Shown piece after piece: positions 58,873 through 64,000 of a stretch of DNA of 64,000 nt (its first letter is position 1; the number at the start of each line of letters is the position of its first letter). The stretch is taken from assembly GCA_963665295.1 (NCBI GenBank), contig OY762209.1:2336001-2400000 (forward strand), given 5' to 3'. Origin of the DNA: Syntrophorhabdaceae bacterium (GTDB lineage Bacteria > Desulfobacterota > Syntrophorhabdia > Syntrophorhabdales > Syntrophorhabdaceae). The notes beneath the pieces were generated by a model that searched no databases, was not told the DNA's origin, and saw only the letters and a program-made list of their open reading frames with translations. A program made the translations under genes and the position numbers.

Positions 58873-60111
58873 ATGGATCCAGTCAGTCCCTATCCTGCCA
58901 TTGCCGCACTTTTTCTTGGATTGGCGTGTGCCTGGTGCATCGCAAGAAGGGCCGGAGGCCCTCCGGAACAGGGCCGTTTCGCGTCAATTGACGGGCTCAG
59001 AGGCTACCTTGCCTTCTTTGTATTCCTGCATCACTCCGCGATCTGGTATTTCTGCCTGAGGACAGGCCAGTGGAAGGTCCCGCCGTCGAACCTGTATACG
59101 CACTTCGGGCAGAGCAGTGTTGCCATGTTTTTCATGATTACAGGTTTTTTGTTCTCCTTGAAGCTGATCAACGGGCGGGAGAAACCGATAGACTGGGCCC
59201 GGCTCTTTATCTCGCGGGTATTTCGACTCGCACCCCTCTATTTCTTTGTCATGGTAATCCTGGCCGCTGTGGTTGCAGGGCTGTCGGGTTTTGTGCTTGT
59301 GGACCCTCCCGGAAAACTGATAAAGGAACTGGCGTACTGGGCAGGCTTCACCGCTCTCGGCGAACCCAACCTCAATGGCGTTCAGGACACATCGAGGATC
59401 CTGGCATATGTCATCTGGTCCCTGCCGTACGAATGGTTTTTCTACTTGTCCCTGCCTCTCATTGCGCTCGCCTTCAGGGTGCGCTCTTCCGCACCATATC
59501 TTGTGCTCAGCGCAGTGGGCATTGCCGGTGCGATTCATTGCGGAAAAACCCAACCGGACATTATTTCCTTCTTTGCCGGCGGAATTGTTGCGGCATTTCT
59601 TTCCCGATCCGCGTTTCTTCGCTCCATTGCCGTTTCCAGGGGCTCCGCACTGGTCGCGGTCGGTTGCGTGGTCACGGCCGTGCTCCACTACCCATCCGCG
59701 TACAATCTTGAAGTCCTGGTTTTGCTCTCAGTGGCCTTCGCCATCATCGCGTGCGGAAACTCCCTGTTCGGATTACTCACAAACGCCATGTCGCGGACCC
59801 TCGGCGAGATAAGTTACAGCATCTACCTCATTCACGGCATAGTGCTCTTCGTCGCCTTCAACCTCATTATGAGTCCCCTGCGTGCGGCCGCGCTCTCTGC
59901 GTTTGAGCACTGGTCCGTGGTGATAATCTGTTCCCCTCTGTTGGTATTGCTGGCTTTTACCACATTCAGACTGATCGAAAGACCTGCCATGGAGGCCACG
60001 CCCCGCGTGACCGCCTGGATCAAGCTGCGCTTGAGGCGCGGGAAAGAAAAGGGGGCGGAAAAGGGCCATGGTCAGGCAATAGCCGCATCTCCACAGACAA
60101 AAAGCCCTTAG
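58873..60111 (+). CDS. Acyltransferase family 3 (OafA-like) membrane protein
   Basis: SIDGLRG..A.FV..HH, FFMITGFL, R..RL.PLY, WSLPYEW.FY, LGEISYSIYLIH, LIERP. Confidence 0.92.
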   Translation: MDPVSPYPAIAALFLGLACAWCIARRAGGPPEQGRFASIDGLRGYLAFFVFLHHSAIWYFCLRTGQWKVPPSNLYTHFGQSSVAMFFMITGFLFSLKLINGREKPIDWARLFISRVFRLAPLYFFVMVILAAVVAGLSGFVLVDPPGKLIKELAYWAGFTALGEPNLNGVQDTSRILAYVIWSLPYEWFFYLSLPLIALAFRVRSSAPYLVLSAVGIAGAIHCGKTQPDIISFFAGGIVAAFLSRSAFLRSIAVSRGSALVAVGCVVTAVLHYPSAYNLEVLVLLSVAFAIIACGNSLFGLLTNAMSRTLGEISYSIYLIHGIVLFVAFNLIMSPLRAAALSAFEHWSVVIICSPLLVLLAFTTFRLIERPAMEATPRVTAWIKLRLRRGKEKGAEKGHGQAIAASPQTKSP

Positions 60112-62909
60112 TACGGGTTGTCGCGGCCTGAATCCGCGATCATCTTCCGGAGTTGTGCATTGAACTCCTTTTCGTCCAGTAACCGGCCCGTGGTGATGTG
60201 GACCCGGTAATTCCATAGGTGGTTTGGTTCGGCAGGCACATTGATCTGTTCCACCACCGGGTTGCCCGGTCTTCGTAGCCCGGCACTCATGGCGAGGACA
60301 TCCTGGATGGGGAAAACAGCCCACATGGACGGCGAATCAAGGTGCTGCCTTATAATCTGCTGGGAGAGATGAGGCTCCAGAGTCAAGGGCGGTTCCCCCT
60401 CGCGACCGAGAACCACGTGGTAATACCGCGTAGTCCGGGCCCGGTCTTCTTCCCACCACCCACGCATGGTGGACATGTCATGGCTTGAGGTGGCCGCCAC
60501 GGTGAGGTATGAGTATTCCCAGGGATATCCGAACTCCCGGTCGGATTCCTTGGGCATCCTCTGTATACGGAGCCCGAGAATGCAGAGTTCCTCCATTACC
60601 CCGGGCACGCAGTCGGGGATCATACCCAGATCTTCGCCCGCGATGAGCATGTTGGATACCCGTTTGAGCACGGGCAGCCTTACCATGGCCTGCTCCCGCC
60701 AGAACCCCTCCTGGCGGTGATAGAAATAATCGTAGTAGAGACGCATCAGCTTCTCCTTCATCCAACCGTCCAGGCTCGCGAAGGAGGCCGTATCCATCAT
60801 ATTGATCCGGGGATGGAAACCGGAGTTCGCCGTATCTTCGAAAAGAATGATGTCCGAGATGAGGGAAAAAAGACCGTCCTCCACCCTTTCGAGATATGCC
60901 CTTCCGCTTTCCGCGCCCGCTCCTGATCCGGACAAGTGACGGGCTACCTGTCTTTGGGTCCCGAATTCCGGTTTCAGCGTGAAATGCCCGGGCTCATCCT
61001 CGGACAGGTATTGCGCGGTGACCCGCGACGCCTCCCTCCCGAATGCGATCTTTACGAGCCACCCGGGGATGTAGGGCTTCTTGAGGCGATCCAGGTCCCA
61101 GATACCCTCGCTCTCGAATTCCTCCTTCCGTAAGGTCAGGGCGGGATTGAAGTGGCCCATGAGGCCCGAATATGAATCGTCGGGGATCTCCCATATCCTG
61201 AAGAAGCCGAGGATATGGTCCAGGCGGATCATCTGGAAATAGTGCGCCATGTGACCCATGCGATTGCGCCACCACGAAAAGTTGTCCCTCGCCATTTCGC
61301 CCCAGTTGTAGGTGGGGAACCCCCAGTTCTGACCTGAATCGGAAAAGGGGTCGGGAGGCGCGCCCGCGGACTGGTCCATGTGGAAAAGGCCCGGGTTTAT
61401 CCAGCAGGAATCGCTCCGTTTCTGGATACCGATGGGGATATCGCCCTTGAGTACAACCCCGCGCTCCCTGGCGTAACGGGCGGCGTCGGAAAGCTGTACA
61501 TGGAGGTGATACTGGAGGAAGTAATAGAATGCCACTGTCTCATAATGTTCCGAACCCGGGGTGGTGAGGGTATCGATGTCTTCCTCCGTCACTTGAGCGT
61601 ACGGGCCCCATTCAAAGAAATCGCCTGTCCTGAAATAGTCCCTCAGGGCGGAGAACGCGGCATAGGACTTCAACCAGTGGCCGTGGTCCTGGAGAAAGGC
61701 GCGAAGCTCCGGAGACGCGAGGAAGGCGTCCTTCTTCGCTTCGAATATTTTCCGGAATAAGGCCCGCTTCACCGTCATGACCTGCTCGAATTCCAGAACG
61801 GGGGAGGCATTGAGGCGACTCCTGTGAGAGGCGATCTCGTCGGTCATCCCATCCGGCAACGGCCCCATGGCTTCAAGATTCAGATACAGGGGGTGAAGGG
61901 CAAAGACGGAGATGCAACTGTAGGGATAAGAGTCCATCCAATCCATGTACGCCGTGGTGTCGTTGATGGGCAGCATCTGGATAAGCTGAAACCCCGTTTC
62001 CCGGGCCCAGTCCGCAAGGCCTTTGAGGTCAAGGAACTCACCCACGCCGAGCCCTTCGTCGCTTCGGATGGAAAAAACGGGGACGGCTATACCCGCGCCC
62101 CGCCATTTCATCTTATGTCCGAATTTGTTATCTGTAACCATGATGAGAGGCGCTTCCTGCGGGTCCCGGACTTCATCTTCCCCTGCCTCGGACGCCCACG
62201 TGATCCCGGAGAATTCGAAGCTCCGCTCGGGTCCGTCCTCGTAGGCGACGATCTCACCGGAGCAATCCTTGATGACATATTTGTATTGAAACGGGATTTT
62301 CCGTACATTGAGGATGAGGTCAAGGGTCCAGTATGGGAAGCCTGACGGGTCCATGGGCGCGCCTTTCGCGCTGTCCCACCCGCCCAGGGGTTCGATGTTC
62401 CCCACTACGCAGACGGTGTCGCCGCTTCTTACGCGGGGGTTGACGAGTTTGAGCCGGACTGTCGCCAAAGGCCCGTCCCCCGGGGCGCTGCCCGATACGG
62501 GAACATGCGCTTCGACCGCGTCATGCCTGAAGATTGTCTCCACGAAGGGAGCGGTGCGAAAGAGGGAATCGGGATCGGACGGGTTGTCCCAGGTATCGGC
62601 AAATTCAAGCGAAACAGGCCGGAGCATCCCGGCATCGAAGGTACGGGTTCCGGTTTCTTCGCGGATAAGGGCCCCGGCTTCGTTCCTGATGAGGTACTTG
62701 TAATTGAAGGCCGTGAAGGGGTCCTCGTGGAGAGCTACTTCCGTCCTCCAGACATGGCCGGGGGAATAGGTCATCTTCCTGGCCCGGCTAAGGTCCCAGT
62801 TGCCTAATTCAGGGTTGGTTCCGAGGACATAGACCTCCTGACCCCATTCGGTATGACAGAAAACATTGAAACGGACTCTCATATCACCTGCCTGAACGTG
62901 GATTTGCAT
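60108..62909 (-). CDS. malQ: 4-alpha-glucanotransferase (GH77), DPE2-type with two N-terminal CBM20 domains
   Basis: Two CBM20-like modules (LGNWD, LGGWD, YKY); DSYPY, LKGDIPIG, GAPPD, GQNWGFPTY, RLDHILGFFRIW, GEDLG, SSHD; start may be 62882. Confidence 0.93.
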   Translation of the reverse strand: MQIHVQAGDMRVRFNVFCHTEWGQEVYVLGTNPELGNWDLSRARKMTYSPGHVWRTEVALHEDPFTAFNYKYLIRNEAGALIREETGTRTFDAGMLRPVSLEFADTWDNPSDPDSLFRTAPFVETIFRHDAVEAHVPVSGSAPGDGPLATVRLKLVNPRVRSGDTVCVVGNIEPLGGWDSAKGAPMDPSGFPYWTLDLILNVRKIPFQYKYVIKDCSGEIVAYEDGPERSFEFSGITWASEAGEDEVRDPQEAPLIMVTDNKFGHKMKWRGAGIAVPVFSIRSDEGLGVGEFLDLKGLADWARETGFQLIQMLPINDTTAYMDWMDSYPYSCISVFALHPLYLNLEAMGPLPDGMTDEIASHRSRLNASPVLEFEQVMTVKRALFRKIFEAKKDAFLASPELRAFLQDHGHWLKSYAAFSALRDYFRTGDFFEWGPYAQVTEEDIDTLTTPGSEHYETVAFYYFLQYHLHVQLSDAARYARERGVVLKGDIPIGIQKRSDSCWINPGLFHMDQSAGAPPDPFSDSGQNWGFPTYNWGEMARDNFSWWRNRMGHMAHYFQMIRLDHILGFFRIWEIPDDSYSGLMGHFNPALTLRKEEFESEGIWDLDRLKKPYIPGWLVKIAFGREASRVTAQYLSEDEPGHFTLKPEFGTQRQVARHLSGSGAGAESGRAYLERVEDGLFSLISDIILFEDTANSGFHPRINMMDTASFASLDGWMKEKLMRLYYDYFYHRQEGFWREQAMVRLPVLKRVSNMLIAGEDLGMIPDCVPGVMEELCILGLRIQRMPKESDREFGYPWEYSYLTVAATSSHDMSTMRGWWEEDRARTTRYYHVVLGREGEPPLTLEPHLSQQIIRQHLDSPSMWAVFPIQDVLAMSAGLRRPGNPVVEQINVPAEPNHLWNYRVHITTGRLLDEKEFNAQLRKMIADSGRDNPY

Positions 62910-63304
62910 GGCCCTACCGTATACACGGCATTGCCTTTTATACTAAACCCGGAGTGTCAAGTCAACACATTAGGACGCGCGTCCTTGTCCCGTCCTGCTC
63001 AATGGAATATATGCATGAACCGGGAGCGGGCCCGCTCTGGGATTGAGGGCAACGGGTTGAAAGGGAGATATGGAGAGGAGGTTCGTCCGGCAACGAATAT
63101 ATACCGGTTTCTCTTTTTTCAAATTCCAGGGAGCCCTTTACGGACAGATAACGAGGCCCATCCCGTTGACTCGCAGCCTCTGTCGCCGGGCGTTTGGCCT
63201 CGTTTATGCATCTTAAGAAAGCAGCGAAGTTGCCGATCATATTAGCAGGGATGGCGGACGTGATTTACATTGGAGGATGTCTTTGATGGACCAAAGGAGG
63301 CCCC

Positions 63305-63403
63305 ATGAAAGCGACGAGAGAGGCACTATTGGAACTGGCGGGTATGTGGATTTTCGGCGCATGCATTTTGCTCTGCGGATTCATACGCATGTGTTTGGAA
63401 TAG
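63305..63403 (+). CDS. Small hydrophobic peptide (32 aa)
   Basis: Strong RBS AAAGGAGG, then MKATREALLELAGMWIFGACILLCGFIRMCLE. Confidence 0.45.
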   Translation: MKATREALLELAGMWIFGACILLCGFIRMCLE

Positions 63404-63480
63404 CGTCATTTCAATGACAGCGGTTGTCTGATTGGAGGACGCCCTCTCCGGGAAGCCCTTGGGAGGGAGGGTGCGGGTTG

Positions 63481-63852
63481 TTAATGCTCCCGCGGTTCTC
63501 CATAGGGATCTGCATCGGCGGCACTCTTGATTACTTCATCCTTGTATTTTAGCGCCCAGTTGATCATCTCCTTCATGAGGGGCTCAAGATCGTGCCCTTT
63601 TTCAGTGAGGGAATAGGTGTATCGGACCGGTTTCTTTTGATACGCTTCTCTTTTGACGATCCCTTCCGCTTCAAGCCTTTTTAGCCTCTCCGCCAGAATG
63701 TTGGTGGTGATGTTTTCAGGACTTGCGAGGAAATCGTTGTATTTTTTTGCTCCCAGCATAAGGTCGCGGACAATAATCATGGTCCAACGGTCGCCCAAAA
63801 TGTCGAGGAAACATGCCACCGGACAGGCAGAACGGGTTTTCTTACTTTTCAT
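63481..63852 (-). CDS. HxlR-family winged-helix transcriptional regulator
   Basis: CPVA..LDILGDRWT, LAERLKRLE..G, Y.LT.KG.DL. Confidence 0.92.
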   Translation of the reverse strand: MKSKKTRSACPVACFLDILGDRWTMIIVRDLMLGAKKYNDFLASPENITTNILAERLKRLEAEGIVKREAYQKKPVRYTYSLTEKGHDLEPLMKEMINWALKYKDEVIKSAADADPYGEPREH

Positions 63853-63870
63853 GGCTAAAATATACCATAG

Positions 63871-63933
63871 TTACTTGCAAAATAAAAGTAAGTGAGGTAT
63901 GATCTTGTTGCTTGCATAATGCAAGTAACAAGA
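63871..63933. promoter_or_regulatory. Two related palindromic operators between hxlR and the divergent gene
   Basis: TTACTTGCAAAATAAAAGTAA (63871-63891) and TCTTGTTGCTTGCAT-A-ATGCAAGTAACAAGA (63903-63933). Confidence 0.7.
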
Positions 63934-63946
63934 CAAGGAGGAAGCC

Positions 63947-64000
63947 ATGGATACAAAAGGAAAGAACTACCAGTGCTTTGAATTGGGTCCGTTGAAGGAT
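63947..64000 (+). CDS. Start of a divergent gene (runs off the window)
   Basis: AAGGAGG RBS, then MDTKGKNYQCFELGPLKD. Confidence 0.6.
   Translation, partial: MDTKGKNYQCFELGPLKD

Noticed and set aside
63251..63304. Selenocysteine read-through of the in-frame TGA before the small ORF
   Set aside because: No selenoprotein-like context or convincing SECIS hairpin, and the downstream ATG has its own strong RBS.

Overview
A 64-kb bacterial chromosomal window, GC-rich in its core genes. The gene style suggests an anaerobic Desulfobacterota/deltaproteobacterium, possibly Syntrophorhabdaceae-like; this is an inference. It opens with housekeeping genes (ilvBNC-psd-pssA, secA, argJ). An accessory stretch follows, with a long palindromic element, an RHH/ParE toxin-antitoxin pair, an FMN-binding protein, a secreted MBL hydrolase, and a very large secreted TPR-CHAT protease preceded by a small secreted protein with a His/Cys-rich tail. 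Next come plsC, fabI, signalling genes (histidine kinases, two HD-GYP proteins, PilZ, an MCP with a C-terminal Cache domain) and an ECF transporter. An AT-richer island at about 33.4-36.8 kb holds an integrase-less integron remnant: a Pc-like promoter, an attI-like site, one complete cassette with a canonical attC, and a second mini-cassette whose attC is cut off by a truncated RAYT-type Y1 transposase. The rest is metabolic and envelope genes (sixA, OYE-family reductase, def, cysteine synthase, amrB, isochorismatases, MBOAT/SGNH pair, transglutaminase, acyltransferase, DPE2-type malQ, HxlR). No rRNA, tRNA or CRISPR array was recognised. All family calls come from motif recognition by eye, not from database searches.
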